Shown: positions 25,801-39,000 of the stretch, in pieces
Numbering within the stretch: position 1 is the first letter of the stretch
How the letters are laid out: each line of letters starts with the position of its first letter
Assembly: GCA_951804945.1 (NCBI GenBank)
Contig: OX638153.1
Location: 67,890,001 to 67,954,000 of the forward strand
Origin: Podarcis cretensis
Lineage: Eukaryota
Length of the DNA stretch: 64,000 nt
Reading direction: 5' to 3'
Notes under the pieces: generated by a model
What the model was told of the DNA's origin: nothing
Databases searched by the model: none
Seen by the model: only the letters and a program-made list of their open reading frames with translations
Made by a program: the position numbers and the translations under genes

Positions 25801-28800
25801 TTCTGTTTAAGCAAAAGTAGAATAGATGAAGCAGTTATTTTACATTATGCACACATAAATATTTCTTACACAAAAACATTAAAGAAATAACCAGAGAAAA
25901 AGCATTAACAGACTGTTTTCATTTGAAAACACATGTAAGCAAAACTCCAGTTTGTGCAGTAGTGGTGGGGAAGAAGATGCAAAGGACCGCATTGTGCATA
26001 TCAAACGACTCTGTAGGAAAGCACTCCTACAGAGCTTCATTAACGTGTGACCCTGAGAATCCTAACTGTGTCTGCTCAGAAGTCCTACTAAATTCAGTGG
26101 TGCATACAGCATACTCTGCTTCTCGGCTATCATTATTTTCAGATGGAATTTGAATGCTCGGCAAATAGGTACTCTGGAAAAGCTATTTGACTGACTGGTT
26201 GAGCTTGTTCAGCTTCCTAGTTTTTAGTGTAAATATAACCTACAAAGCAGAAGGAAAGTCAGACTTGTTGCCTTGAACTATGTGACTGATCTTTCCTATG
26301 GCAGCAAAGCAAAAAAGCATTCATCATACCAGTGGGTACATAAACCTTTAGAGAACATTCACAGAACCCTGAGATTCCATTCATTTGAAAGTGAATTTCA
26401 TTAAACTATGACAAAGCAAATATTTAAAATAAACAGCCATTTGCTTACAAACCAAGAAATGTCCATTATCAAGAAAGAGAAGGCTAGATTTTGGTTTAAG
26501 TTGGCTGTGCTCCTTATTCCCCAGTGAGAGGACACTCCATGAAGACCAGCATTAAACACCCCAAGATGGGCTTGTTTCTCCCATAACCACAGCCTCGGAT
26601 TCAAACAGAAATCAATCATCATGCTTTGACCCCCCTCTCCAGCTTGCTGCCTTTACCTTCTTGCAACCTTTCCCCCCTCCACAACCAACTCTAAAACTCT
26701 GCGTTGAACTCTGGCTTTGTCTTCTATCAGTTATTTGCCATCTTGCAACACAACCGCCTCTCCTTGGCTTTCTTAATAGGCGATTACCTTTAATGGCTGA
26801 CCTCTCTGGCAGATTACCTCATGAGGAAGCTAGCCTGGCTTATATTTTAAAACTTTAGAAAGGTCTGGCACCTAGTTTATCACGTCAGTCCTTGATGAAA
26901 TTCGAACATTTTACTGGATCCAGGAATTTAGGGGATTCTGGCCCCCATAGACTCATATTCTGAATTATTCTGAACATGCATACCAATTTTTATCGTCTTC
27001 AAGGGGGATTGCATTGCACTGTGTGTTGTGTGCTTCTAGTCCCTGAGGGAAATGGGTGCTGGCTTGTTCTCTGAATGCACAATGCTGTCCTGAACTTGCA
27101 TGATCCCAATCTAACAATCTCACATTTTCCAAAGGAGAGATTACATTCATTTCGCTCCTCCATTTGAGAGCAGGCACAGGGATCAAGTTGGCATTTGAAT
27201 TTGCAATCTAGACTTGTGCCTTGCATGAGTATAGCAAATTTCATTCTGATGTTTTGATGCTCAAGGAGCGATCACATTACGAGAAAGGAAAAGAAGAAAG
27301 AGTTCTTTAGAAGAGTAACTCATTCCTTGGGTGATTATTTGATGCCCCCACCACCACCTCAAGGATACACCTCCAATTTCTGCAGTAGTCAGTTGGCGTA
27401 TCATTACACAAGGAAACTGATGGGCATGAGATTCAAGGCAGATGAAAGAAAACATTCCTTCACACAATTCATAGTTTATTCACAAAATTCACCGCTGCAA
27501 GACGCTGCGATACTCGCTAGTTTATATGATGTCAGGGCCTGTCCAAGTGTGAAGCAGAGTGAAGTTTCTGGCTCGGGCATCAGATATTGAGTGGGGTGGC
27601 AGTAACCCCCTATTCCTCCTGATTCTTCTAAGCTAGCCTGTTGCCTTCGCTTGCAGTGGAGGCCCCTGTCCAATTACCAGTAAGATTCAATTGTATGTGG
27701 AACAGAAACACCAGCCTACCCTTCACTTCAGGCACAGACATTTCTGGGCCTTGGATGGCTGCAGAGGATATGTTTATCACTAGCTATTGGTCATTGTGGC
27801 TTGGATCTAGAGAAATGCAGAAGGGTTTCTTGCATTTGTGGATGGGCTGGTGATCCAGTGAAGGCTGCTTCTGCCCACAAAAAGGGCAGAGAGGATGTTA
27901 TTTTCACTGATTCTCACTTTCCACTCTGGCCTCCTGTCCCACTTCCTATGCTGTTCCAGGGGCTTTCCAATCTCCTAGAGCAGATTTGCTGCAAGCTGAA
28001 AGGGGAAAGAGCAACAGAAGAACATGGTTTGCCTCATCCCATAACCAAGAGGTTCCATGAATGGAATTTCACTCCAGCCCAGTGGATATATGCAGCAACT
28101 ATGTTCAGAGACAATTCGCCAATAAGTTGCTGGTGAGCAGTAGCAGGAGAGGGCTATTGTCCTCTTGCCCTATTTGTGTGGACTTCCCAGAGGCATCTGA
28201 TTGGTTACTTTGGGAAACGGGATGGACCAGTTTGTCTCATCTAGCAGGGCTTTTCCGAGGCAAACAAGTGGAATGCCAAACTGATGAGTTAAATGGAAGA
28301 ACTCGCTCTGCTTTGCTATAAGTAGAATAGATCCATATGTATTTCTTAGGAAAGCTATGATAAAGCTGCACTACACAGCCACCATGTTTATGCTGCAGTC
28401 ATGGAGAATATTATGGGATAACTGCGACATCCCCCAAAGCATCCAGCCTCAAGAGGAAACCATGTGCAATGTCCATTAACGTTCCAAGATAATATCCACT
28501 TCTGGTGTGCCATTTAAACCTCATCTATGTATGTAGCTACATGATTTGCTGCAGACCTCGGATTCATTGTTCTGGCTGTTGTTTATGGGCGAGTTTATTG
28601 CAGCTGTGCTTAGCAACCAGCTGAAGTACTGCAGAACTATTGTACTCACCACTTCAGGGAAATGAGGAATAAGACAATTGGAACCCCACTCTAGATGGGA
28701 AAGAGAGGCACAAAAAGGCAGATCAACAAGAATAATGCAATGCAAATGTATGCTAATTCCTCAGCAGTTTTGAGGAAAGAAGGGAGGAAGGAAGGAAGGA

Positions 28801-29465
28801 AGGAAGGGGGGCTTTGTGGGATTTCCTTTTATAGGTTTTATAGAAATCAGCCAGGAAGGGGGGGGGCTGGGAAATAAATTTTAAGAGTAATAGCAAAGAT
28901 GAGAAGACACCTTGCACAAAGTCAAACTGTGCCGTGTGGGTTTTTGTGCTTCTTGGGGGGGGGGGTTTGAAATAGCACCAAACCCTCATATTTCAGCTTA
29001 CAACCATGCACATACAATATTTTAAAGGGGCGAGGGTATAAAAATAGATGAACAGCAACAGAAATGAAATTGAAAGACTTGTTGCGGATAAAGGCTTGAA
29101 CCAGGACTACAGGGCTGCAGCTCATCAAAACTCTGTGCACGTTCTCGATTTGCTTTTTTTTTTTTTTAATTGCTTTTCTGGGCTTGGGGGCAGGGGAGTA
29201 ACCAGGATCTGCAGGCTTCCCCACATCTCTCATGTTGCTCTATTGTTTTTAATAGAGTGATGTCTGAGTGGGTAGCACAAGATTCATCATATATCCCAAG
29301 GGGGAAGCTTGAGCTTGCATGTAGCTTCTCTGCCCACCCCACACACACGCAAGGGAAGAATTTTCACCCACCATATTCCTGCTGACACTTAAAATTAATG
29401 GGGCAGGATTATGTTATGTATATATTTATTATTTATCTTATTTATTTACACCGTTTCTATACTGA

Positions 29466-29469
<4 letters not shown>

Positions 29470-29506
<37 letters not shown>

Positions 29507-29508
29507 GT
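29470..29508. repeat. (TG)n microsatellite
   Basis: Seen directly in the sequence. Confidence 0.95.
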
Positions 29509-29552
29509 GGTGTACAGAAAACTAAAACAACAACAGACTACTTAAACAACAA

Positions 29553-29690
29553 CATACCCTCCAATATTTCTCTGATGAAAATAGGAACGTCCTAAGGAAA
29601 AGCAGGACATTCCACAATCAAATCAGAAACTAGAACGGCTTCTGTAAATCCAGGACTGTCCCTGGAAAAGAGGGACGCTTGGAGGGTCTG
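29553..29690 (-). mobile_element. Short TIR element (CAKACCCTCCAA termini), short form
   Basis: CATACCCTCCAA...TTGGAGGGTCTG; flanked by CAACAA/CAACAA; internal GGGAC/GTCCC motifs. Confidence 0.75.
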
Positions 29691-29725
29691 CAACAAATGT
29701 TTAAAAAATACAGAGTTAACTACTA

Positions 29726-29962
29726 CAGTAGTACCTCAGTTTTCGAACGTAATCTGTTCTGGAAGCCTGTTGGAGTTCCAAAAACGTTCAAAAAGCAAAA
29801 ACTCAAAACAGAAGCCTCAACACAGAAAGCTCAAAACGGAAGCCGTGTTTCCAGTTCAACTTCTGAGGCGGTTCAAAAACCGAGGCACTTACTTCCGGGT
29901 TTATGGCGTTTGAAAACCGAAACATTTGACAACAGAGATGTTCGAAAACTGAGGTACCACTG
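29726..29962. mobile_element. Tc1/mariner-type MITE
   Basis: TA|CAGTAGTACCTCAGTTTTCGAAC...GTTCGAAAACTGAGGTACCACTG|TA. Confidence 0.88.
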
Positions 29963-30392
29963 TACTACTACTACTTATTATTATTATTACATTTGTATAC
30001 CACCCATCATCTCAAGATCTCAGGATGGTTCACTGCATAAAATTACAGAATAAAAATGTTATATTAAGATAAAATTACTAATAAATATAAACAAATTGCT
30101 GTATCAATTCTTTCACCTTTGGACACACCCTCCCTCTAAGCTTCCTGGCTCTCACCCAGGACTCAAACAAACTCAGGTCACCTGCAAAAGTCTCACAAAG
30201 GAACTGTTGCTGCTGACATCACCCTAGTCTCTTACTCTATGTTTGCTTTTTTATGGGAAGGTGGGTGGACTTGTCTCAGGCTGCCAACAGCTGTGTCCCA
30301 TTAAGCTGTCAGCTGCACTCTCCAAATCCAGTTCCAGGTACAATATGTTTGGTGAGTTTGGCAGGGGGGTCCAAAGGATGGGGAAAGGACAC

Positions 30393-31709
30393 ACAAGAAC
30401 TACCAACAGTGGAAGATTGGCAGATGAAGATGATGGACTTTTCGGAGCTAGCTGACCTGACTGGAAGAATCCGCGACCAGAAAGAAGAGGAGTTTCAAGA
30501 GGACTGGAGGAAATTCAAGGACTATTTGAATAAATATTGTAATATAAAAAATTAGAAATTACTTGAAAGAAACAAATAGGCCTAGGATTAAACTAAGTTA
30601 TAATTAAATAAATGGGATTTAGAATGTTAAGAAAAGTGAATAAGATGGACTATAATTGGAAATTGTTTTAGTTTAATAATGATACTGGAAGGTTGTTACT
30701 TGCGTGTCGAGACCCCACAGCCACCCCCTCATTGGAAATAACTCACACAAGGACACGGATATTAGGTTTATGTTATTGGACAAATTTTGGCCACAACTTT
30801 ATTGAAATTACAGAATGTGAGCGGTGTTGGCTTAGGCATTGATTGGACCTGACTATATCTGATTCCTGCTCATTGTGCAGGAAGTCCAGTAAGGGTAAGC
30901 CACCGGTAGGGGGAGCCCTGTCGATGCGAACCAACTCAAGCTCCCCCTGGTGTTCCTGTTGGAGTTGTGTCAAGGCCTTAGCCCGCCAGCCGGGCTTCAG
31001 ACTAGATCAACACGCCCGGATTCCTTTAACGGAATACCCTTAAGCATGGAGGGGCAGGTGATGGCCACACCTCCCTTCCCCCACACAAGGTCAAACAATG
31101 CCTAACCGCAACCCTAACAAAGTTGTGACGATTGCTACGAGGTAGGCGAAAACCAAGTGGCCAGTGCCAATCTGCCAAGTGGAAAAATTCCTACCAGGCC
31201 CCTCGGACAACCAAGGCGACCAACCGAAGTCCACAGCAAGGCCATTGCCTAACCTGCAAAATAGGGAGGGAGGGCGGGTGATTGAGGAAGCGAGCCAAAG
31301 AGGAAGTCCTCTGGCTCGCTCCTCCATTTAAATGGCCCTGGCCAGCGGGTTGGCTGGCCGGGCTCTGACGTGGCCAGGATCCCCCAGGCAACGGGGGACA
31401 GAGTCCCCCGCCCCCAGTAGGGAGTGGGTGGCCACGTGGTCCACCGCAACTCCTCCCCACTGGGAAGTGGAGCGGATTTTTAACTACAAGGAAACTCAGA
31501 AGGGAGGGACTAGAGGAAGTCAACCAAGATGTTTAAAAGGTTGGATATGTACAGAATTAAGTTTGTTGTTATTGTTTATCTGTTTATTGTTCCTTTTTTC
31601 TTCTTTCGTTCCTTGATGTATTCCCCCCCCCCCCCCCGTTTTTGTGTGTCATTTTGCTTTGTGGTTTTTGTTATAATTGTGGAAAATCTAATATTTTTTT
31701 TTAAAAAAG
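30393..31709 (+). mobile_element. 5'-truncated L1-clade 3' end, interrupted by a probable solo LTR
   Basis: ORF2 C-terminus ELPTVEDWQMKMMDFSELADLTGRIRD; 17-bp TSD GGATGGGGAAAGGACAC at 30376-30392 and 31710-31726. Confidence 0.85.
30694..31488 (-). mobile_element. Probable solo LTR (795 bp)
   Basis: TG...CA termini; GC-richer block splitting an AT-rich L1 3' UTR; minus-strand AATAAA at 30798-30803; TATA-like CCATTTAAATGG near 31324-31335; flanks AGGT/AGGA (imperfect 4-bp TSD). Confidence 0.6.
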
Positions 31710-31894
31710 GGATGGGGAAAGGACACGGTGCCACTTACAGTTCTTTCTCCAGCCTCTGCTCCCTTTTCCTCCAGATGTTCTAAGGAATGTTCATGGGGTA
31801 ATTGGAAATCAGTGTACAGTGGCCTCCACTGCAGCTGTGTGCAAGTCAGAGGTTTCTGCGCAGACACTGCGTTCAGGCAAGCAACAGGCATTAT

Positions 31895-32360
31895 TTTATT
31901 TATTTGTTGAATTTATATACTGCCCTTCATCTAGGGTGGTTTACAGCATAAAACACAAAAGTGCATAACCACAATAACAAACAAAACAATAACCCCCACC
32001 CCATACAGAATTTAAAAGACCATCAGTTGGTCAATTAACCAAAGGCCTGGGTGAAGAGGAAGGTTTTTGTCTAGTACCTAAAGATATGCAATGAAGGCAC
32101 CAGGTGAGCCTCTCTGGGGAGAGCATTCCACAAGTGGAATGCAGAAAAGACCTGCTCTTGTCTTGCCACCTCCCGGACCTCTTGTGGAGGGAGCACACGA
32201 AGAAGGGCCTCAGAAGATGATCACAGGGTCTGGGCTGGTTCATATGGTCCTTGAGGGACTGCAGTCCTGAGCCGTTTAAGTCTTTATAGCTCAAAAGCAG
32301 CACTTTGAAGCAGGCCTGGAAACTGACTGGTTAGTTCAGGATCGGTGTTGTATGCTCAAA
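31895..32360 (-). mobile_element. Older L2-like LINE 3' fragment
   Basis: TTTA-rich tail on + strand and decayed ORF2 C-terminal similarity. Confidence 0.55.
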
Positions 32361-34093
32361 CTGCCCTGCCCCATTATCAAAGTTCAAGGACACATTTCCT
32401 CCATGCAAAAGCACTTGAGGGGATGTAGAGCAGGGTTCCTGAGGGGTGTGGCCTCGGAAGGAACACAGGAAGCTGAATCAGACCATTGGTCCATCTGATT
32501 CAGTACTGGAGGAGGGCAGAGTTCAGTCCTGCTGGGTGCTGCTTCACCAGGGTGTTCCCTGCGGGGGAGGTGCTGGTGAAGCAGGCACCCTCCCCATGTA
32601 TCAACTTTGGATGGGACCACCCATTTATCACCTGACATCATCATGACACCTGGTGATTGACATCTGGATTGGCCTGTGGGGCAGGGGACATAAAGATTTG
32701 GCCTGTGAGGCCAAAAGGGTTCTCTGAACTTGAGTTACACATCAATGGAGCAATGTGATGAATTCTCAGAAACGTTAAGTATGTTTATTTTCTTCATCAA
32801 TCTACCATTGTTAGAACCATTCGAGAGAAAGGGCAAGCTCAAAATAAGCTCATTTATAAGCACATTGCTTTGCTAATCCTTTTGTTGCTGCTGCTGAGTA
32901 ACACAGAGAGAGCTCAAGGTATTCGTGCAAACATGCCACCCTTCCTTGCAAAGCAAGAAAACCAGAAGCCATGACAAAGGAAGAGAACATGCTAAGTGAT
33001 GCATGGCGCTCAGCTTTAGAGATCAGGATGTGGTATTGGCACATGCATTACTGGACTGTGCTCAAGCCAAGAAGGTGGAGGAAGTTGCACCATGGCCACA
33101 GCAGAGATGTATCTTGTCTCAGCCGCTGAAGCATTTACACAACATCTTACACACCCAATAGATAGTTCATACTTTGTTATCAAAACCGGTTTTCCAGGAA
33201 CTTAAGAAACCTGGAGGAAAGCATCAGCCTTTAGAAGTTCCAGCTACACAGGCCATGAGAATGTCTCCAGGACAGTTTCTTGCACTCCTCGGTCAGTGCT
33301 CTAGTGCTCAGAGAGGAGGATGGGAAGTATTTATACAAAAATGCAGGTATCTTCTCTCCCCACTCCCCTTCTAGGATACCCCAGTGCCCAAAGCAGAAGG
33401 CCAACCGTGCAGATTACACAGCCTATGCCAGGCTTTGAATGGAATAGAAGAGCCGCTCAGCTGATGTGTTGTTTGGGAAAGGGTTGTGGCTTTGCGGTGA
33501 GCACATGCCTTTTTTGCATGCAAAAGGTCTGAGGTTCAATCCTCAGCATCTCTAGGAAGGGCTAAGAAAGACTCCTGGCTGAAACCCTCAAAAGCTGCAG
33601 TCAGTCAATCTATGAGTGCTAGTCACTTACGTTGCAGACCTACTGCAATTAATGAACCAAACTGAGTCATAGCCATTCATTGCAATGGGTGTGCTCTAAG
33701 TAAAACTTAGTACTACCTAATGCATTGAGTTAGGGGGCTGCATCAATCACCTGATTTTTCTGTTGGTTTATGGATGCAGAGATCTCCGAGTGTGAGGCTT
33801 TGCAAAGGTGACCTACCTCTACCCTCTACTGACCCAAACCAGCTGCATCTTGTTGAGGGAACTGTGCAAGGAGGAAGGTGAAGAAAGCTCCTATTCTGTG
33901 GTGGTGGTGGCGACTGGCTGTTTATTTAGCAGTATTTTGCAGCGGCTGACATCAGGCAAGCTCCTTGAATGTGTGTGCATGTCTGTCTGCACACCCTCCT
34001 CTGCTGAGTGTGTCTGTCTGTCTGTCTGCCTGCCTGCCTGCCTGCCTGTATATTCCCCTGCTAAGAGTATGCCTGCCTGCCTGCATGTTAGTA

Positions 34094-34568
34094 CAGTGGT
34101 ACCTTGGGTTAAGGACTTAATTTGTTCTGGAGGTCTGTTCTTAAGCTGAAACTGTTCTTAACCTGAGGTACCACTTTAGCTAATGGTCCTCCCGCTGCCG
34201 CCAGACCACCGCCACACGATTTCTGTTCTCATCCTGAAGCAAAGTTCTTAACCCGAGGTACTATTTTTGGGTTAGCGGAGCCTGTAACCTGAAGCATCTG
34301 TAACCTGAGGTACTACTGTACATATACAGTGGTATCTTGGGTTAAAAACTTAATTCATTCTGGAGGTCCATTCTTAACCTGAAACTGTTCTTAACCTGAG
34401 GTACCACTTTAGCTAATGGGGCCTCCCACTGCTGCCACACCGCCAGCACATGATTTCTGTTTTCGTCCTGAAGCAAAGTTCATAACCCGAGGCACTATTT
34501 CTGGGTTAGCGGAGCCTGTAACCTGAAGCGTCTGTGACCTGAAGCATCTGTAACCTGAGGTACCACTG
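34094..34568 (+). mobile_element. Head-to-tail pair of family A MITEs (34094-34318 and 34327-34568)
   Basis: Each copy is TA-flanked with CAGTGGT.../...ACTG termini; separated by TACATATA. Confidence 0.88.
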
Positions 34569-34578
34569 TACATATATA

Positions 34579-34770
34579 GGGGAAGGGCCAGAGCTGAGTG
34601 GCAGAGCATCCGCTCATATTATTCAGAAGGTCCCAGGTTCAGTCCCTGGCATCTCCAGGTAAGGAGAGGAATGTCTCGCTTCTGAAACCCTGGAGCGCTG
34701 AAGTCACCATAGATAATACTGAACTAGATGAGGCAATGGTCTGACTCAGTCTTAAGTCAGCTTCCAATGT
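34579..34770 (+). mobile_element. tRNA-derived squamate SINE; related copies at about 23880-23995(-), 33476-33610(+), 49160-49280(-), 61927-62115(-)
   Basis: A-box/B-box-like head (AGCTGAGTGGCAGAGC...CCAGGTTCAGTCCCTGG) and shared body. Confidence 0.6.
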
Positions 34771-34855
34771 CTGGGTCTGTCTGCTTGCCCCTCCCATTCT
34801 GCTAAGTAGGTACGTGTCTATCTGCATGGGGAGTGGATGTGAGTGGCCTGCATAG

Positions 34856-35400
34856 CAGACCCTCCAAGTTTCCCTTTTTTCCAGGGACAGTCCCGGATTT
34901 ACAGAAGCAGTCCCAGTTTCTGATTTGATCCCAGAATGCCTCACTTTTCCTTAGGACATCCCCAGTGCTTTTTTTTGTGGGGGGACGCAGGGGGACGCAT
35001 ACCCCCTAAACATTTTGTGAATCTAAGTTTGGCCTCATTGAGGGGCAGTATTTCAATATGAGTAGGGAAATGAGAGTGCCCCTAAACATTTTTTTTAAGA
35101 AAAAAAGCACCGGATGTCCCTATTTTCATCAGATAAGTGTTGGAGGGTACGGAGTTATGCAACCCCTGAGCCATGGAGATAAGCAACCATACATCCTTTA
35201 GAAGACATCTGAAGGCAGTCCTGCATAGGGACATTTTTGAATGTTTAATGTTTTGTTATGATTTTATATACAGTATGTTGGGAGCCGCCTAGAGTGGCTG
35301 GAGGTACCCAGTCAAATGGGCAGGGTATAAATGAAAAATTATGATTACAACTATTGACTAGGACGTCCCTATTTTCATCAGCAAAATGTTGGAGGGTGTG
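34856..35400 (+). mobile_element. Composite long form of the CAKACCCTCCAA element, carrying an L2-like tail and a duplicated terminus
   Basis: Short-form unit + L2-like 3' sequence + second GACGTCCCTATTTTCAT...TTGGAGGGT end. Confidence 0.7.
34963..35112. mobile_element. hAT MITE nested in the composite TIR element
   Basis: CAGTGCTTTTTTT...AAAAAAAGCACCG termini; 8-bp TSD GACATCCC/GATGTCCC (both derivable from GACGTCCC). Confidence 0.75.
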
Positions 35401-36051
35401 GTATGGGAGTGGGTGTGCACATGCCTGAGTGTGTTTTGGCAACCTTTGGAGGGGTGAGCTTGGCTATCAATTCAGCCTGGAAATGGTTAGCCAACCCTGA
35501 CATAGACAAAACTAAGTTAGGTGGACTAGTGGTTTGATTCAGTATAAGGCAGCTTTTTATGTCCTACATCAGAGATAGGAAATCTCAGGCCCTGGGGGCC
35601 AAACACAGTCTTCCACGCCTCTCTATCTGGCCCTAAGGATTCTCCCCAGTCTCTCTCCCCTCAGCAGCCCTATGGAGAACAGTGGTGTCTCGGGTTAAGT
35701 ACTTAATTCGTTCCAGAGGTCCGTTCTTAACCTGAAACTGTTCTTAACCTGAAGCACCACTTTAGCTAATGGGGCCTCCCACTGCCGCCGCGCTGCCGGA
35801 ACATGATTTCTGTTCTCTTTTTTTAAAAAAAAATTTATTTATAAAATTTTCAAATATAACAATAAAAGAAAAACATTCCATTTGAATTATACATCCAATT
35901 CCAATATTTCCACTTTCAGACTTCCTTCAGTCTATCTGGGAATTTTCATGTTTTCACAGTTATTCACATTTCTTGCATCTGTATTGTTTTTTTTTTTTAA
36001 ACCAAATTAATCTTAGCAATTATTATAAAACAATATTTCTTTCCATTATTA

Positions 36052-39000
36052 TCACAGAGCTTCTTGAAAACCTACAAACGTTAATTGACCTTCACATATA
36101 TTTTTAATATACTCTGTAAATTTATTCCAGTCCTCGGTAAATCTCTGGTCTTGCCGGTTCCGAATTCTCCCCGTTAGCTTGTCTAATTCTGCGTATTCCA
36201 TCAACTTCATTCTCCATTCTTCTTTCGTCGGGATTTCTTCCTGTTTCCATTTTTGTGCCACCCAAATTCTTGCTGCTGTTACTGCATATAAAAACAACTT
36301 CTCATCCTTCTTTTTTATGTCATTTCTTAGTATTCCTAACAGAAAAGTTTCTGGTTTTTTAACAAAGGTACAGTGGTACCTCGCAAGACGAAATTAATTT
36401 GTTCTGCGAGTTTTTTCGTCTTGCGATTTTTTCGTCTTGCGAAGCACGGATTTTGGAAAAGCTTCAAAAATCACCAAAGTCTTCAAAAACCTCAAAAAAG
36501 GCTACCACACCACGGGCTATGAGTTGCTCCTCGAAGTCAAGTCACAACTGCACCCCCTGAATGCACGGTTTTAAGAAAAAAGAAACAAACTTGCAAGACA
36601 AAGGAAACAAACTTGCAAGACGTTTTCGTCTTGCAAAGCAAGCCCATAGGGAAATTTGTCTTGCGAAGCAACTCAAAAAATGAAAAACTCTTTCGTCTTG
36701 AGAGTTTTTCCTCTTACGAGGCATTCGTCTTGCGAGGTACCACTGTATATTTCAACATTTTTTTCAATTCATTATAAATCATTTCCCAGAAACCTTTCAT
36801 TTTTTTACATTCCCACCACATATGATAGAATGTTCCTTCTTTCTCCTGACATTTCCAACATTTATTACTCACTTTATACATCTTTCCAAGTTTTACTGGT
36901 GTAACATACCATCTATATAACATTTTCATAACATTTTCTTTTATTGTAGTACATGCAGTAAATTTCATTCCTTCTTTCCACAATCTTATCCAATCATCAA
37001 ATTGAATATTATAACCAAAGTCTTTGGCCCACTGAATCATTGCAACTTTAACCTCTTCATCCTTAGTATGCCACTCAAGTAATAATTTATACATTTTTGA
37101 TAAAATTTTAACATCATTATTCACAATTTCTTTTTGAAATCTAGATTTTTCATCTTGAAAACCTCTTTCCAGCATCTCTTTTTTAAACATCGCATTCACT
37201 TGGAAGTAGTGTAACCAATCAAACACATATTCTTTAACTTCATCGTATGGCTTCAATTTCCATTTATTTCCTTCTTTTATAATTAAATTCTCATATGTAA
37301 TCCAACTCCCCGTCATATTGATCTTCTTAACACTCATTACCTCCAATGGCGACAGCCAGAATGGAGTTTTAAACTCTAATAAATTTTTGTACCTATTCCA
37401 TACTTCAATCAGCGGACCTCGGAAAATGTGATTTTCAAAACCTTTATGCACTCTTTTTTCCTCATACCATAAATATGTGTGCCAACCAAATCTATTATCA
37501 TGTCCTTCTAAATCCAAAAGTTCTGAAGTTTCCAACTTTATCCATTCTTTCACCCAGCAAAGACATGCAGCCTCGAAATATAACTTTAGGTCTGGCAGGG
37601 CAAAGCCTCCTCTATCTTTTGCATCCGTTAAAATCTTAAATTTTATTCTAGGCTTCTTGCCCTGCCAGACATATCTTGATAATGGTCTTTGCCATTCTTT
37701 AAATATCGTAACACCTTTAATTATTGGTATTGACTGAAATTAAAACAACATTTTTGGTAGCACATTCATTTTTACCATTGCAATTCTTCCCCAAAATGAC
37801 AACTTCATTCTTCCCCACGCTTCCAGGTCCTTCCTAATCTTGTTCCAGACTGGTACATAATTATTTTGAAAAAGATCAATACATTTGGGAGTTAATATAA
37901 TCCCAAGATATTTAACTTTCTTAACTACTTCCATATCTGTTTGTTGCTGAATTCTTTCTATTATCTCTTGGTCCATATTTTTAACCATTATTTTCGTTTT
38001 ACTCTTATTTAATTTGAATCCGGCAACTTGTCCGAATTGCTCTCTCTCTACTAACACTTCCTTAACACTTTTAATAGGGTGTTCTATTGTTATAGCCAAA
38101 TCATCAGTGAAGGCTTTTACCTTATATTCCTTACAACCAACTGTCACACCTTTTATCAAATCATTACTTCTTAACGCTCTCAACAAGACTTCCAGGACCA
38201 ATATGAATAACAATGGTGATAAGGGACACCCTTGTCTTGTACCCTTGGTTATAGCAATATCATCTGTCAGTACATTATTAACAATTAATTTTGCTCTTTG
38301 TTCAGAATATATTGCCTTTACACCATTCACAAATGAATGACCCATCTCCATAACTTCCAGATTCTTTAACATAAATTCCCAAGAAATATTATCAAATGCC
38401 TTTTCCGCATAAACAAATATCAACATCGCTTGCTTATCTTTCTTATTAGTCAGATATTCTATTATATCTATTATGTTTCTTATATTATCTTTCATCTGCC
38501 TCCCTGGCAGGAATCCTGTTTGGTCCTTATGGATCAATTCCTTTAATGTCTTTTTCATTCTATTTCCCAAGATGTTAGCAAATATTTTATAATCATTGTT
38601 CAATAGCGAAATTGGCCTATAGTTTTTAACTTGAGTTAAATCTGAGTCCTGCTTGGGAATTAATGTTATATATGCTTCTTTCCATGTCTCTGGTATTTGT
38701 CCTTCTTTCAGAATGTTGTTCATAACTTCTACCAACGGTACAAGTAAGATGTCTTTCATTTCTTTATAATATCTTGCACCAAATCCATCCAGTCCCAGAG
38801 TCTTCCCACTTTTTAATTCTTTTATAGCCATTTTAACTTCTTCTATTCCAATTGGTTCATTCAATTTATTTTTATTTGTCACTGAAATTTTTTGCACCCC
38901 TTTCTTCTTTAAATAGTCTTCTATCATCTTTATCTTAGATTTCTCTTTTCTTTTATATAGATCTCTATAAAAGTCCACAAATCCTTTCCTTATTCCTTTC

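Noticed and set aside
36371-36745. Regularly repeated TCGTCTTGCG motifs resembling a CRISPR-like array
   Set aside because: They are internal and subterminal repeats of a TIR-bounded MITE, irregularly spaced, in a vertebrate context.
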